The notes: generated by a model from the sequence alone, not told the origin. A DNA stretch of 64,000 nt from Candidatus Methanomethylicia archaeon (GCA_038727515.1 JAVYVS010000001.1:224001-288000), one strand, 5' to 3'. Shown: positions 21,886 to 32,760, counted from the stretch's first letter. Numbers and translations are program-made.

Positions 21886-22857
21886 TTATTTCCATTCTTT
21901 TGTTTTTAGATACTTGGATATTGTTAAGGCGGCTGTTGCTCCTTGTCCTGCTGCTATCACATACTGATTTTCTATTCCTGTTATGTCTCCAGCTGCACAT
22001 AACCCTCTTATATTTGTTCTCATCCTCTCATCTACCTTTATATATCCTTGTTCTGTGAATTGTAGAGGTAGTTTTTTTACGGGTTCTATGTTTGGAGTTT
22101 GTCCTATGGATATGAATACTCCATCAACCTCTAATTCCATTATACTTTTATCTTCAGTGTTTTCTAGTATTACCTTTTCAAGTTTTTTTGTCCCTTTAAA
22201 TTCTAGTGGTTTGTATGGTGTTAAAGTTTCAACGTTTTCTTTTGATAACGCTAGTTTTTGTAGGTATGGTTCTGCTCTAAATTCCCGTCTTCTATGTATC
22301 CAATAGACTTTTTTACATATGTTTGATAGGTATTCTGTGTATGTTGCAGCAGTGTTGCCTCCACCTATTACTGCAACAATCTTATTCCTATAGAAGGGGC
22401 CATCACAAGTAGCACAATAACTTACTCCCCTTCCAAGAAATTCATCTTCTCCTGGAACTCCAAGTTTATTATGTGTTGTTCCAGTGGCTATTATTACTGC
22501 TTTTGAGATATACGTCTTTCCACTTCCCGTTTTCACAGAGAATCTTTGTTCATTTACCAGATCTATTTCTTTAACTTCTTCAAATATTATTGGTACATTG
22601 AATTTCTCCAATTGAATTCTAATTTTCTCTGATAATTCTATTCCACTTATTGTGGGATAACCTGGATAATTCTCTATTAAATGTGTGATTAATAGATTTC
22701 CACCAATACCCACTTTATCTATTAAAAGTGTTTTTAATGCTTGTCTAGAGGTATATATTGCAGCCGTACATCCAGCTATTCCTGCACCTACAATTATAAC
22801 ATCATATTCTTCTTCAATTTCCACAGGCTTTTCCGGTTTAAGTATTATTGTTTGCAT
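21886..22857 (-). CDS. trxB: Thioredoxin-disulfide reductase
   Basis: GAGIAG, GRGVSYCATCDG, GGGNTA, AAGD. Confidence 0.93.
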   Translation of the reverse strand: MQTIILKPEKPVEIEEEYDVIIVGAGIAGCTAAIYTSRQALKTLLIDKVGIGGNLLITHLIENYPGYPTISGIELSEKIRIQLEKFNVPIIFEEVKEIDLVNEQRFSVKTGSGKTYISKAVIIATGTTHNKLGVPGEDEFLGRGVSYCATCDGPFYRNKIVAVIGGGNTAATYTEYLSNICKKVYWIHRRREFRAEPYLQKLALSKENVETLTPYKPLEFKGTKKLEKVILENTEDKSIMELEVDGVFISIGQTPNIEPVKKLPLQFTEQGYIKVDERMRTNIRGLCAAGDITGIENQYVIAAGQGATAALTISKYLKTKEWK

Positions 22858-22893
22858 AAAACATAGTTATCATAACCTATGATATAACGTTTT

Positions 22894-23664
22894 TTATATG
22901 GCATCATAGTATAGTTTAAAACCAGAATCTGTTTTCTCAATTTTAACTATCTTTATCTCGTTTATTTCTCCAGTATTTGATAAGTGAGTTCCAGTGCATG
23001 GTATCCCATTGATACCTTCAATAATTACAATCCTATATTTATCTGCTTTTGGAAGTCTATCAAGATTTGGAGCATTAAATGCATATCTACTTAGATCTTT
23101 ATATTCAACCCAAACGCATCTAACCTTCCTATGCTCTCTTACAATTTTATTTGCCTCATTATAAATAACCCTAATCTTATCTTCACTTGGAATTTCAGCT
23201 TTATATTCAATATATGCTTCTGGTGGACTATGATTTGCACTTAAAGTTTCAATTAATCCACCATAAGCTTCCCCAACGGCATAATCTAATACATGCCCTG
23301 CAGTATGAAGCTTCATAATTTTAATTCTCTTCTCCCAATCAAGAATACATTTCACCATTAAATCAGTTTTCACTATTTCAGGGGATCCATAAATGAGCTT
23401 TATATAATGAAATATTACATCATCAACTTCCAATACCTTTAAAATATTGAATTTAAATCCTTCCCCAATAATTAATCCAGAATCTCCATCTTGTCCACCA
23501 CCTTTAGGATGAAATATGGTTTTATCAAGGGTTATGTATGCTCGATCCTTCTTCTCCCAATGAACACCCATAATCGTAGATTCAATTTCCCTTATATATG
23601 GATCTTCAAGATATACTTTGAAAGTTTTAGGGGTAATTTTAGCTATCTCTCTTATATCCACCAT
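22894..23664 (-). CDS. alaX: Alanyl-tRNA editing protein AlaX
   Basis: FHPKGGGQDGD, HTAGH, CTGTH Zn ligands. Confidence 0.9.
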   Translation of the reverse strand: MVDIREIAKITPKTFKVYLEDPYIREIESTIMGVHWEKKDRAYITLDKTIFHPKGGGQDGDSGLIIGEGFKFNILKVLEVDDVIFHYIKLIYGSPEIVKTDLMVKCILDWEKRIKIMKLHTAGHVLDYAVGEAYGGLIETLSANHSPPEAYIEYKAEIPSEDKIRVIYNEANKIVREHRKVRCVWVEYKDLSRYAFNAPNLDRLPKADKYRIVIIEGINGIPCTGTHLSNTGEINEIKIVKIEKTDSGFKLYYDAI

Positions 23665-23802
23665 AAATATCGAAATTAAATATTGTCTAACATATGTTTA
23701 AATATATCACCTTCTAAAGAATCAATTAATGTAATGAAAATATTTTGCAAAAAAAGAGTAATATTTATATGATATTATACCATATATTTGCAATGAAGAA
23801 TT

Positions 23803-24585
23803 ATGTATTTTGAACCATTACCAATAGTGATATCAAAAGATAATAGGGTAAGTGTTTTATATGTAATGTTTAGCAAGGAAGCAATACATGAAATAGGAAT
23901 ATTAAAAGATTTAAGTGAGATAATTGCTGAAGAAGGAATACCAATAATAAAGTTTTTCAGTAGTAATTCCAATGTGGCAATTTTCATGGATACCACTGAT
24001 GAAGCAAAGCTATCTAAAGTTTTAGAGAAATTGAAGAGTAGAGTAAAATACGTGGAAAACTTTGGGATACATATATCAGATATTAAGGGGTTTGCATCAA
24101 TTTCAAATTCATATCCAAAATTATTTGGTGAAAGAATATTGATACTACGTGAAACAGCATTCAAATCACTAATAGAATGTATACTGGAAAATCTAAAGAT
24201 AACTCCACAAATAGTGTTATACTTAGTTGGTAGAAGAATGGGTGAAGAATACTACAAAAGCCATCGAGAAATATTTAAAACAGACTTAGAATCCACTGTG
24301 AGAATCGCAGAGAAATTATTTACATTAACAGGTTTTGGAAGGTTGGAGGTTGTTAGAAGGAGTTTTGATCCATTAGAGATTGAGTATGATGTTTATGATT
24401 GTATTGAGTGTAAGATTAATTTTGAAGCTGGTAGGAAAATTAAATCATCACTAATAAGAGGATTAATAGAAGGATATTACACAAAACTATTGGGAAGAGA
24501 AGTAGAATGCATAGAAGAAGAATGCATAACACAAGAAAAAGAAAAATGCAAATTCAAAATAAAACCAATAGAAATAAAAGCATAA
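23803..24585 (+). CDS. ACT-like plus V4R domain protein
   Basis: GFG, DCIEC, RGLIEG, EEECITQEKEKCKF V4R pattern. Confidence 0.8.
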   Translation: MYFEPLPIVISKDNRVSVLYVMFSKEAIHEIGILKDLSEIIAEEGIPIIKFFSSNSNVAIFMDTTDEAKLSKVLEKLKSRVKYVENFGIHISDIKGFASISNSYPKLFGERILILRETAFKSLIECILENLKITPQIVLYLVGRRMGEEYYKSHREIFKTDLESTVRIAEKLFTLTGFGRLEVVRRSFDPLEIEYDVYDCIECKINFEAGRKIKSSLIRGLIEGYYTKLLGREVECIEEECITQEKEKCKFKIKPIEIKA

Positions 24586-24619
24586 ATGTTAAATTAATTG
24601 GATTATAATCTTTATTAAT

Positions 24620-26506
24620 ATGGGTTTAGTTGATGAATTTGAGTGGTTAGAGAATATTGAGGATTCAAAGGTTTTGGATTGGGCTAGGAATTTGAATTTA
24701 AAGTTTAAATCTGAATTTAATGTTCTTTCAGATAATATTTATCCTAGGGTTCTTGATGTTTATAGGTTTCCAATAATATTAGTTATGAATTTAACTAGTA
24801 GAGGTATATATTTACTTGTTAGAGAATATGATTCTTATAAAATTAGATTATTGAATTTTGATGGAGAATTAAGTGACATTGTTGATTCTAAGGATTTAGG
24901 GAGGGATATTGTTATACATAGTTTGTATTCAAATGCTTCTGGAAGTAGGATTGCATATGCATATTCTATTGGTGGTTCTGATGAAAGTAAAATTAAGATT
25001 TTAGATGCATTTTCCATGGAGGAGATTGATGAACTTGAAGGTTTTGTACATTCGATAACTTGGATTGATGATGAGAGATATTATTATGTTAGAGCTTTTA
25101 GGAGGGGTTTAACTCCCGATGGTGTTAAGCCTCCAGCCACTAGAATATTTTTGAGGGAAAATGGTTCTGAAACCTTTATTGAAAGTATTAAACCTCCATC
25201 AATGCACTATATTGATTTGAGGAGTTCAAATCATGGTGATAAAGCTTTATTAACTATTAGTTGTGGTTGGGTTGGAGTTGAATTTTGGTCTGGAGATCTT
25301 GATAAACCTGAAGATTGGAGGCATGTATATGGTGATTTGAAATCTATAACTGAACCTATGGATTACATTAATGGAAGGTATATAGTCATATATTATGGTT
25401 CAGAGGGTAATGGTGATGTTAGGGTTGTTTGGGATGGAGGATGTGAAATTATAGTGGGGGAGGATGATTTAAATCCAATTTTAGGTGGAATTGTTACTGA
25501 TAATGGGATTATACTGCATAAATTGTTTAATGCATCTTCAAAATTAGAGTTTTATGATTTTAATGGTGTATTTATAAGGAGATTAGATTTTCCAAAACCT
25601 GTAACTATTAGGAATTTACAGTATTGTAATGGTAAAACTACATTTAAAGTTGAATCTTTCTTAATGCCATATCAGATACATCTCCTCCATGATGATAAAC
25701 ATGAAATTCTAGCTTCCATGGAGATTGATTTTGATCATGAGATAATTGAAGATACAGCTGTATCAAGAGATGGAACAAGGATACATTTCTTTATGGTTAA
25801 AGGTAGAGGTAAACCTATTGATAAAGTGCTGCTTTATGGTTATGGTGGATTTAGAATATCTTTAACTCCAACATTTACACCTATAGTGAAGATATTATTG
25901 GAGGATGGATTGACATATGCTGTTGCAAATATTAGGGGTGGATTGGAGTATGGGGAGAAGTGGCATAAGGCTGGAATGCTACATAATAAGCAGAATGTAT
26001 TTGAGGATTTCAAAGCTGTTATAAAGAAGCTTAAGAGTTTTGGAGCTAAGGTGGCTATTACCGGTAGGAGTAATGGTGGACTCTTAGTCTCAGCAATAAT
26101 AACTCAAACCCCTGAAATTGTGGATTGCGCAGTAATTGGATATCCAGTGATTGATATGCTTAAATTTCATAAGCTTCACCCTGGAGTAGCAAAATTATGG
26201 ATTTTAGAATATGGAGATCCAGAAAACCCCTTTGATAGGGAATATCTATTAAAGTATTCACCATATCACAATTTAAAGTCAAACTTAAAATATCCACCAA
26301 CAATGATTTACACTGGTTTAAAGGATGATAGAGTTCATCCAGCTCATGCATTAAAATTTGCAGCTAAACTTCTAAGTGTTGGAGCTAATGTTTATCTTAG
26401 GCTTGAGGAAATGAGTGGTCACATAGGTGCATCTCCAGAAGTTAGAGCGAGAGAGGAATCTGATATTCTAGCTTTTATATATCATTTCCTTAAGGTTTAC
26501 CGCTAA
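24620..26506 (+). CDS. Prolyl oligopeptidase (S9A)
   Basis: YGYGGF, GRSNGG, DDRVHP, GH triad. Confidence 0.94.
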   Translation: MGLVDEFEWLENIEDSKVLDWARNLNLKFKSEFNVLSDNIYPRVLDVYRFPIILVMNLTSRGIYLLVREYDSYKIRLLNFDGELSDIVDSKDLGRDIVIHSLYSNASGSRIAYAYSIGGSDESKIKILDAFSMEEIDELEGFVHSITWIDDERYYYVRAFRRGLTPDGVKPPATRIFLRENGSETFIESIKPPSMHYIDLRSSNHGDKALLTISCGWVGVEFWSGDLDKPEDWRHVYGDLKSITEPMDYINGRYIVIYYGSEGNGDVRVVWDGGCEIIVGEDDLNPILGGIVTDNGIILHKLFNASSKLEFYDFNGVFIRRLDFPKPVTIRNLQYCNGKTTFKVESFLMPYQIHLLHDDKHEILASMEIDFDHEIIEDTAVSRDGTRIHFFMVKGRGKPIDKVLLYGYGGFRISLTPTFTPIVKILLEDGLTYAVANIRGGLEYGEKWHKAGMLHNKQNVFEDFKAVIKKLKSFGAKVAITGRSNGGLLVSAIITQTPEIVDCAVIGYPVIDMLKFHKLHPGVAKLWILEYGDPENPFDREYLLKYSPYHNLKSNLKYPPTMIYTGLKDDRVHPAHALKFAAKLLSVGANVYLRLEEMSGHIGASPEVRAREESDILAFIYHFLKVYR

Positions 26507-28874
26507 CTTTAGGTTTAAAGAAATCCGTTAAAGTTTTAGTTTTACCTAAACTCATTATTTGTTCTTCCCTTACTCCAAATACTTCTAGTATTCTTGAAAC
26601 TGCTGGTAAAACTTGATTTGAAATATAGTATTCTACATCCAATTGATCTTTTGAAGCCAACATGTATGGTATAGCCCTTTCATAAAGTTTCCCAGTACCA
26701 ATGGAAATTATGTATCCAACTTTATCACCTAGTGAGAGGCTGAAGCCTTTTTCCTTAAGTATCCTTGCAGCTTCAACATGTGGAGCTTTAACTTCATATT
26801 CACTTAAATCCTTGGTTAAAGTCTTCCAAATAATATACTCTTTGAATGGTATTTCTCCCTTCCTCATTCTTCCAATGAAACTTCTAATGAAATCTAAAGC
26901 TTTATTAACACCTTCACCATGCATAATTATCTCTAAAACCCTTTCTTGAGCAATCTTAGCCACATTAGCCCAATCTCCACGAACCACTTCCAAACCAACA
27001 AAATCCAATCTACCATCTTCAAGTAATCCACAATACCTCTTTTTAGCTTCAGTAAACAGTATTCTAACATAAACTTTATCTATCCTAGCTTCAAAACCAA
27101 GTTCACTTCTAATTCTACCCAACAATTTCTCCACGAGTTCAGGTTTATATTCTACGAATAAGCTATCAGTATCACCATAAACAACTTTTAAACCTATTTC
27201 ACTGGAGATTTTAAGAGTATTTGAAATTAGACTTCTACCCCAAGCAGTTACAGCTTCAGCTACAGGTTTAATATACCATCTAGCACCAATCCAACCAGCA
27301 TAACCATACATGGCATTTGAAATAACTTTTATAGCCTTCTGTCTAGCATCTAAAACCTTATATAATGGATCTTCTGAGCTTAAACTCTTAATTACACTTC
27401 TAATGTTATCTCTAACTTCAATTAAAGTTTTCAATACATCCCTATAGAATCCTGGAGGATCCCTTCTAAATCTATGTTTAACTTCAGGTGCAATGTATAC
27501 TCCACACGGTGGCTCAGGTTCTTCTGGTGGTATATATGTATCTGGGGAAACATTATATGTTAACATTATACTTGGATACATACTTCTAAAATCTATTACT
27601 GCAACATTTTCATGTAATCCAGGTTTAGGTTGTAAAACTATTGCTCCAGCATAGGGTTGATATAATACTTCCTTCCTCTTTGGAACAAGTTCACCAAATC
27701 TATATGCATTCCTAATCAAGAACCATTCAACTCTAAATCCAACAGCAGCTGTACCAATGAAATCCAATGGTAAACCAACGAGATATGATAATTGAATTGC
27801 AAAATCAATTATGGCTCTATAAACACCCATAATCCTCTTAACGTTATCCATGGAATACCTGTATAAATCCCCTCTTCTATTTGGATCACGCCAATAATCT
27901 TGAACTTCAAAATCCTCTATTACACCCTCAGCCTTCATAACTCCAAGATACTCAGCAATATTCTCTAAACTCTTAACTTTAACCTCTTGAAATTCATCTG
28001 CAAAATCAAATAGATCAAGATTTATCCTACCAGTAATAGATATATGCCCATACAAACTTGTATGTGGTTCACTTCCAACTCTATCAATACATAACTTTAA
28101 ACCATTCCTTCTAGCTCTCTCCAATAAGTATGGTATAAGTCTAGAATTAGAACCATAACTGACAATTATATCTGGATCATATGAATTCACATAATCAATG
28201 AACCTCTTTAAAATATTTAAATCACTTAGATCTTCACCTACAGTAAACATCTTTTCTACGCCATCACCATCAATAGTTGAAATTACAATTATAGGGTCTT
28301 TCTCAGGTTTTGGTGAGCCAGATGAACTTAAACAAATAAACCAAAATCCAAGAATCTTAAGTTTTGGAATACTTGGATCTTCAATGGATATAGGTTTATC
28401 AAGAGCTAAATAGATGGAATCAACCTTAACATTACCATACCCATCTAAAGGTTCACAATCCACTTCAATCCATCCACAAGGTCTAATTCCATTATCAATT
28501 AAATATCTAAGTGTAAATCTAATATCATATTCATAAACATCTAAAATATTTGGTAAACCCTTAACTTTAGAAGCAGTATCATCCACTCTATCTGGATCAC
28601 TACAATAAATTTTTAAAGCTTTAACATTCTTACCAAAAACCTTTCTTTCACAAACTTCAAAACCAATTACATTACGTGGAAAAAGTCTAAGAATACTATT
28701 ACCAATATCTTCAGCATTAACATCACCTTTTAAAACAGCATAGAAATATGGTTTAAACCTTCTATCAACAATAAGAATTCTACGTTCATCACTTGTTATA
28801 CCCCAAAGCCACACCTCTGGAATTCCATTTCTAAATTCATAATTTAAATCCAAAAGCCAAAATTTAATCTTCAA
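26490..28874 (-). CDS. polB: Family B DNA polymerase (PolB3-like) with degenerate 3'-5' exonuclease motifs
   Basis: DFRSMYPS, KVISNAMYGY, YGDTDS, KKRY; C-terminal PIP-like KTLTDFF. Confidence 0.95.
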   Translation of the reverse strand: MKIKFWLLDLNYEFRNGIPEVWLWGITSDERRILIVDRRFKPYFYAVLKGDVNAEDIGNSILRLFPRNVIGFEVCERKVFGKNVKALKIYCSDPDRVDDTASKVKGLPNILDVYEYDIRFTLRYLIDNGIRPCGWIEVDCEPLDGYGNVKVDSIYLALDKPISIEDPSIPKLKILGFWFICLSSSGSPKPEKDPIIVISTIDGDGVEKMFTVGEDLSDLNILKRFIDYVNSYDPDIIVSYGSNSRLIPYLLERARRNGLKLCIDRVGSEPHTSLYGHISITGRINLDLFDFADEFQEVKVKSLENIAEYLGVMKAEGVIEDFEVQDYWRDPNRRGDLYRYSMDNVKRIMGVYRAIIDFAIQLSYLVGLPLDFIGTAAVGFRVEWFLIRNAYRFGELVPKRKEVLYQPYAGAIVLQPKPGLHENVAVIDFRSMYPSIMLTYNVSPDTYIPPEEPEPPCGVYIAPEVKHRFRRDPPGFYRDVLKTLIEVRDNIRSVIKSLSSEDPLYKVLDARQKAIKVISNAMYGYAGWIGARWYIKPVAEAVTAWGRSLISNTLKISSEIGLKVVYGDTDSLFVEYKPELVEKLLGRIRSELGFEARIDKVYVRILFTEAKKRYCGLLEDGRLDFVGLEVVRGDWANVAKIAQERVLEIIMHGEGVNKALDFIRSFIGRMRKGEIPFKEYIIWKTLTKDLSEYEVKAPHVEAARILKEKGFSLSLGDKVGYIISIGTGKLYERAIPYMLASKDQLDVEYYISNQVLPAVSRILEVFGVREEQIMSLGKTKTLTDFFKPKVSGKP

Positions 28875-29073
28875 ATCTCATCCTAAATCTATATTGGATT
28901 AGTTAACCCTAAAATTTTTCCTCTAAACGTGTTAAGTTATAGTGTATGATTGAAGGAGATTACTGTAGATTTAGAATCGCAAGAAATTATGGGGAAATCT
29001 ATTGTAAATTTTGGTGTAGAGTTATGGTTAAATGTCCATGTCAACATCATCTATATGGTTGGTGGGGTAGGAA

Positions 29074-29565
29074 ATGGTGAAAAAAGAATGTGCAGAACAA
29101 GTGGAAATAGCTGTAAAAAGAATTGCACTATTACATATAGCATATGTTAAAGTATTGGTTAAAGAATTTGGTGAGGAGAAGGCTAAAGAACTATCTTTGA
29201 AAGCAATAATGGAGTATGGTAAACTCATCGGTGAAAGAATAAAGAGGGGTTTACCAGACTTTCCAAAATATGGAGCTAGTGAAAAGACTGAGGGAAATAG
29301 AGTTTATGGATGTAAGATAGCAGAAGTATTCTTGGAATACAATATGGCAAAATTTGGATGCATATATTGCTATGTAGATCCAGCGAAATCAATGATGGTA
29401 AACCCAGAAAAGAAGGTTATACATACCTCATGCATACTTACAGGAGACGGCTACTGTACATTTGAAATCTATGATACTACAACCACGGAGAGAGAAGCTT
29501 TTAAAAATGGAAGTATAGAGTGGAGTAAAGTTGATAAAAAACTTTATGAAAACATTTTCACCTAA
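29074..29565 (+). CDS. L-2-amino-thiazoline-4-carboxylic acid hydrolase-like (V4R/H-NOX-related) protein
   Basis: GCKIAE, CIYCYVD, CILTGDGYCTF. Confidence 0.75.
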   Translation: MVKKECAEQVEIAVKRIALLHIAYVKVLVKEFGEEKAKELSLKAIMEYGKLIGERIKRGLPDFPKYGASEKTEGNRVYGCKIAEVFLEYNMAKFGCIYCYVDPAKSMMVNPEKKVIHTSCILTGDGYCTFEIYDTTTTEREAFKNGSIEWSKVDKKLYENIFT

Positions 29566-29647
29566 ATAAACCTTCAACATACAAACGAAATAAATATAAC
29601 AACCCTCTTTTTGATTTAAACATTTAGAGTTTGATTAGGGTGATAAC

Positions 29648-29872
29648 ATGGTTGAAGAACCACCTAAACCACTGGTAAAATCAGTTTTAAACGTGAATCT
29701 ACCTCCAAAAATAAGGGTTGGAAGAGGATTTAGCATAGGAGAATTAAAGGAGGTGGGATTAACAGTTAAAGATGCTAGAAAACTTGGATTAAGAGTTGAC
29801 TTAAATAGGAGGAGTAAACATGAATTCAACATAGAAGCCCTCAAAGGATACTTAGAAAAATTAAAGAAATAA
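29648..29872 (+). CDS. rpl13e: 50S ribosomal protein L13e
   Basis: [16 protein letters not shown]...[14 protein letters not shown]. Confidence 0.93.
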   Translation: MVEEPPKPLVKSVLNVNLPPKIRVGRGFSIGELKEVGLTVKDARKLGLRVDLNRRSKHEFNIEALKGYLEKLKK

Positions 29873-29905
29873 AATTAAATATTATACGACTGAGAGATCA
29901 TAAAG

Positions 29906-29916
29906 TTTTTTTTTTT
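29906..29916 (+). terminator. Oligo-T (T11) archaeal terminator after rpl13e
   Basis: Run of 11 T about 35 nt after the stop codon. Confidence 0.5.
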
Positions 29917-29950
29917 GGAAGAAATTATAGTTATTCTGGGCGGCATTAAG

Positions 29951-30766
29951 ATGGCTGAAGGAGAAGGTGAAACTGAGATTTTCTATCCAAAGGAGATCAT
30001 GACTTTACAACTACATAAACCTTGTAAAATAGCTACTATACGTGTTGAAATAGACCCAGAAGCATATTATAAGGTTGGTATACTACATGATCTTTCAGAA
30101 AACTTCTATGTTCACGGAATAAATATTTTAGGTGTATATTCAACGCAGTATCCAGACCAATATGGATACATAACGTTTTTTGTAGATGTAACTCAAGTTG
30201 CGGAAAAGGTTTTAGATGAAGTTTCAAAATCTCTTAGGGGTATTGATGGAGTTGTAGATGTAATGGTTTATGTAAGCCCAGTGGAAGGCGTTGCAGTAGA
30301 CCCAAAGACTATGCCACTTGCTATGGGTTCCAGAGCTATAATACTCATGAAACATAGCTTTAAGTGTATTGTCGAGGAATTTCATAAGAGGAGGTGGTGG
30401 CTTCTATTGAATGCTCTTGGTAAAGAAATTGGAAAGGCAGGTTTTAGGGATCATGAGAGATTTGTGGGAAGAGATATTGATAAACTCTTTAAAATGGCTG
30501 AAATTAGGTTTTCAGTGAGTGGATTCGGTTTTTGGGAGACTGTGAAAGCAGATGTGGATTCAGGGGAGTTCATTATAAGGGTTCATCATTCCATTGAATG
30601 TGATATTGGACTTGAAATTGAGGGTTATACTGGTTCACACTTTGTTAGAGGTATGATTGAAGGTTGGCTTATGGAGTTAATGGGTAAAAGTGATGTTACA
30701 GGGTTTGAAGCGAAATGTCTTGCTAGAGGAGACCCCTACTGTGAATTTCATTTCAAAATTAAGTGA
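29951..30766 (+). CDS. ACT plus V4R domain protein
   Basis: GILHDLSENF...INI ACT-like; HSIEC, RGMIEG, EAKCLARGDPYCEF. Confidence 0.85.
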   Translation: MAEGEGETEIFYPKEIMTLQLHKPCKIATIRVEIDPEAYYKVGILHDLSENFYVHGINILGVYSTQYPDQYGYITFFVDVTQVAEKVLDEVSKSLRGIDGVVDVMVYVSPVEGVAVDPKTMPLAMGSRAIILMKHSFKCIVEEFHKRRWWLLLNALGKEIGKAGFRDHERFVGRDIDKLFKMAEIRFSVSGFGFWETVKADVDSGEFIIRVHHSIECDIGLEIEGYTGSHFVRGMIEGWLMELMGKSDVTGFEAKCLARGDPYCEFHFKIK

Positions 30767-30768
30767 AT

Positions 30769-32148
30769 TTAAAATTGAAAATGAAGTATATACAATTCTA
30801 CCCATAATATGGTTGAGGCTGTAATAACTTCAATTATTGATAGCATCCCTCCAATCTTCAAGTAATCTCTAAGCCTAATGTTTAAACCTCTACTTCTAAC
30901 TATTTCAAGCCACATTAAAATTGCCAGTGAACCAAATGGGAAGAAGTGTGGGCCTAAATTGTTTCCTATAATGTTAGAGAATATTAAATTGTAGTATAGT
31001 TTTTGTGATGGATTACATTGTGTATATGCTTTTTCAATGGATATTAAGCCTATCATGGTCATAGGCCAATTGTTCATGAAGCTTGCTCCTATAGTAACTA
31101 TTAAACTTGGAATCACAGTTGATAGTATTGATGGGAATTCTGAACCCCACAATAGTAGATTTGCAAATAATGTTTCAATACCAATATGTCTAAGGCCTTG
31201 AACCACTAAGAATATTCCAACCATAAATACAAGTATATCCCAATTAACCTCCAACAATATGTTTACTACACCTTTAGCTTCTTCTGGCATTACATATTTT
31301 GACTTTGGTGTTACAAATATAGTTTTACGTGTAACTGCATAATATAATAGTAGTATTATGGCTCCAGAGAAAAGGATTATTGAAACTGGAATTCTATGTA
31401 GAGATGTATATACATATCCTAAATCAATCGATACCAATACTGCTATAATAACCTTTAGATCCATTGGATCCATTGGGTAGTGAAGCATTTGATGAACATC
31501 CTCCAAAAACTTTTTTGGGATACTCTTCTTAAAAATTGAATAAACTACAAATATGCTAATTATTATTGTTGGTATTGCTATTGGACCCATAAATTTAAGG
31601 TGGTCTATAAAGGTATACTTAAAGAAATCTGCAGAAACGATGTTTACTGGATTACTTGTTATAAATGGCATTGCAGCTGTGTCAGCTATTAATCCAGTTG
31701 CAAAGATGTATGCAATCCTCCCCTCATAGGGTATTGTTGGCTGTCTAATTATTTCAATAACGATTGGTGTTAAGATTAGTATGGCTGTATCATTGGCAAA
31801 TAATATGCTTACCAAAGCTGTTAATAAGGTTATGTAAAAATATACTTTAACTCCACTTCCATGGGCTAAATTAATTATCTTCATAGCTGCCCATTTAAAG
31901 AATCCCATGGCGTTAAGAGTAGCGGAAAGTATTAGTATACCAATGAAAGCTAAAGCTGCATCCCAAACAATTTCTAAAGCTTCAAAAACATCATTTAAAC
32001 TTATAACCCCAAATACTAGTGATAGAAGAGCTCCTAAACCAGAGGCTATTCCAAGTTTAATATTCCATGGACGTTTAATCATTAAAATCCAAGTTAAGAC
32101 AAATATGAGTATTGATGCAGCCTCCACATTAATCATTGAATACACCAT
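30769..32148 (-). CDS. arsB: ArsB family arsenite/anion efflux permease
   Basis: ANDTAILILTP, ADTAAMPFITSNPVNIV, NNWP, GSLAILMW. Confidence 0.8.
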   Translation of the reverse strand: MVYSMINVEAASILIFVLTWILMIKRPWNIKLGIASGLGALLSLVFGVISLNDVFEALEIVWDAALAFIGILILSATLNAMGFFKWAAMKIINLAHGSGVKVYFYITLLTALVSILFANDTAILILTPIVIEIIRQPTIPYEGRIAYIFATGLIADTAAMPFITSNPVNIVSADFFKYTFIDHLKFMGPIAIPTIIISIFVVYSIFKKSIPKKFLEDVHQMLHYPMDPMDLKVIIAVLVSIDLGYVYTSLHRIPVSIILFSGAIILLLYYAVTRKTIFVTPKSKYVMPEEAKGVVNILLEVNWDILVFMVGIFLVVQGLRHIGIETLFANLLLWGSEFPSILSTVIPSLIVTIGASFMNNWPMTMIGLISIEKAYTQCNPSQKLYYNLIFSNIIGNNLGPHFFPFGSLAILMWLEIVRSRGLNIRLRDYLKIGGMLSIIEVITASTILWVELYILHFQF

Positions 32149-32296
32149 TTTAGTAGCATTAAAACAATGTGTATATAAAATTAATTAAGTAATGTATGAG
32201 AAATACAATTATCATTGTTTTTGGAGGGTAAAGATTTTATACTTGTTAAATCCAAATATTGTTAAGTGACATATAAGTATTGGAGGTGAAGCATGA

Positions 32297-32647
32297 ATGT
32301 CTAAAGCTAAGAAAGAAGCTCAAGTGGCTGGGGAGCCGACAACGCAGAAGTCTGCAGCAGCATCAGAGAGGAGACCTATGTTGAGTAATGTTATACTTGT
32401 GGGTAAAAAGCCAATAATGAATTACGTATTGGCATGTATAACGCAGCTTAGTGGTGCAGGAAAAGAAATTGAAATAAAGGCTAGGGGAAGAGCTATAAGT
32501 AGAGCTGTGGATATAGTGGAAATATTACGTAATAGATTTATAACGGATCTCAAAGTTAAAAACATTGAGATAGGCACAGAAACTGTGACTGCACAAGACG
32601 GCTCCCAAGTCAATGTGAGTGCAATAACCATAAAAATATCAAGATAG
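32297..32647 (+). CDS. albA: Chromatin protein Alba
   Basis: ILVGKKPIMNYVLA, IKARGRAISRAVD. Confidence 0.96.
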   Translation: MSKAKKEAQVAGEPTTQKSAAASERRPMLSNVILVGKKPIMNYVLACITQLSGAGKEIEIKARGRAISRAVDIVEILRNRFITDLKVKNIEIGTETVTAQDGSQVNVSAITIKISR

Positions 32648-32690
32648 AGGGGGTTTCCAGCACAAAATAAATCCCCTCCCTTTATCTTTT
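32647..32690 (+). terminator. Stem-loop followed by a T-rich tract after albA
   Basis: GAGGGGGTTT...AAATCCCCTC inverted repeat, then TTTATCTTTT. Confidence 0.55.
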
Positions 32691-32760
32691 GATTTAAATC
32701 CCTATTTACAGCAAAGTTTTTCTATTAGTATTGTTTAGTATCCATTGTTTGGCGGTTTAA

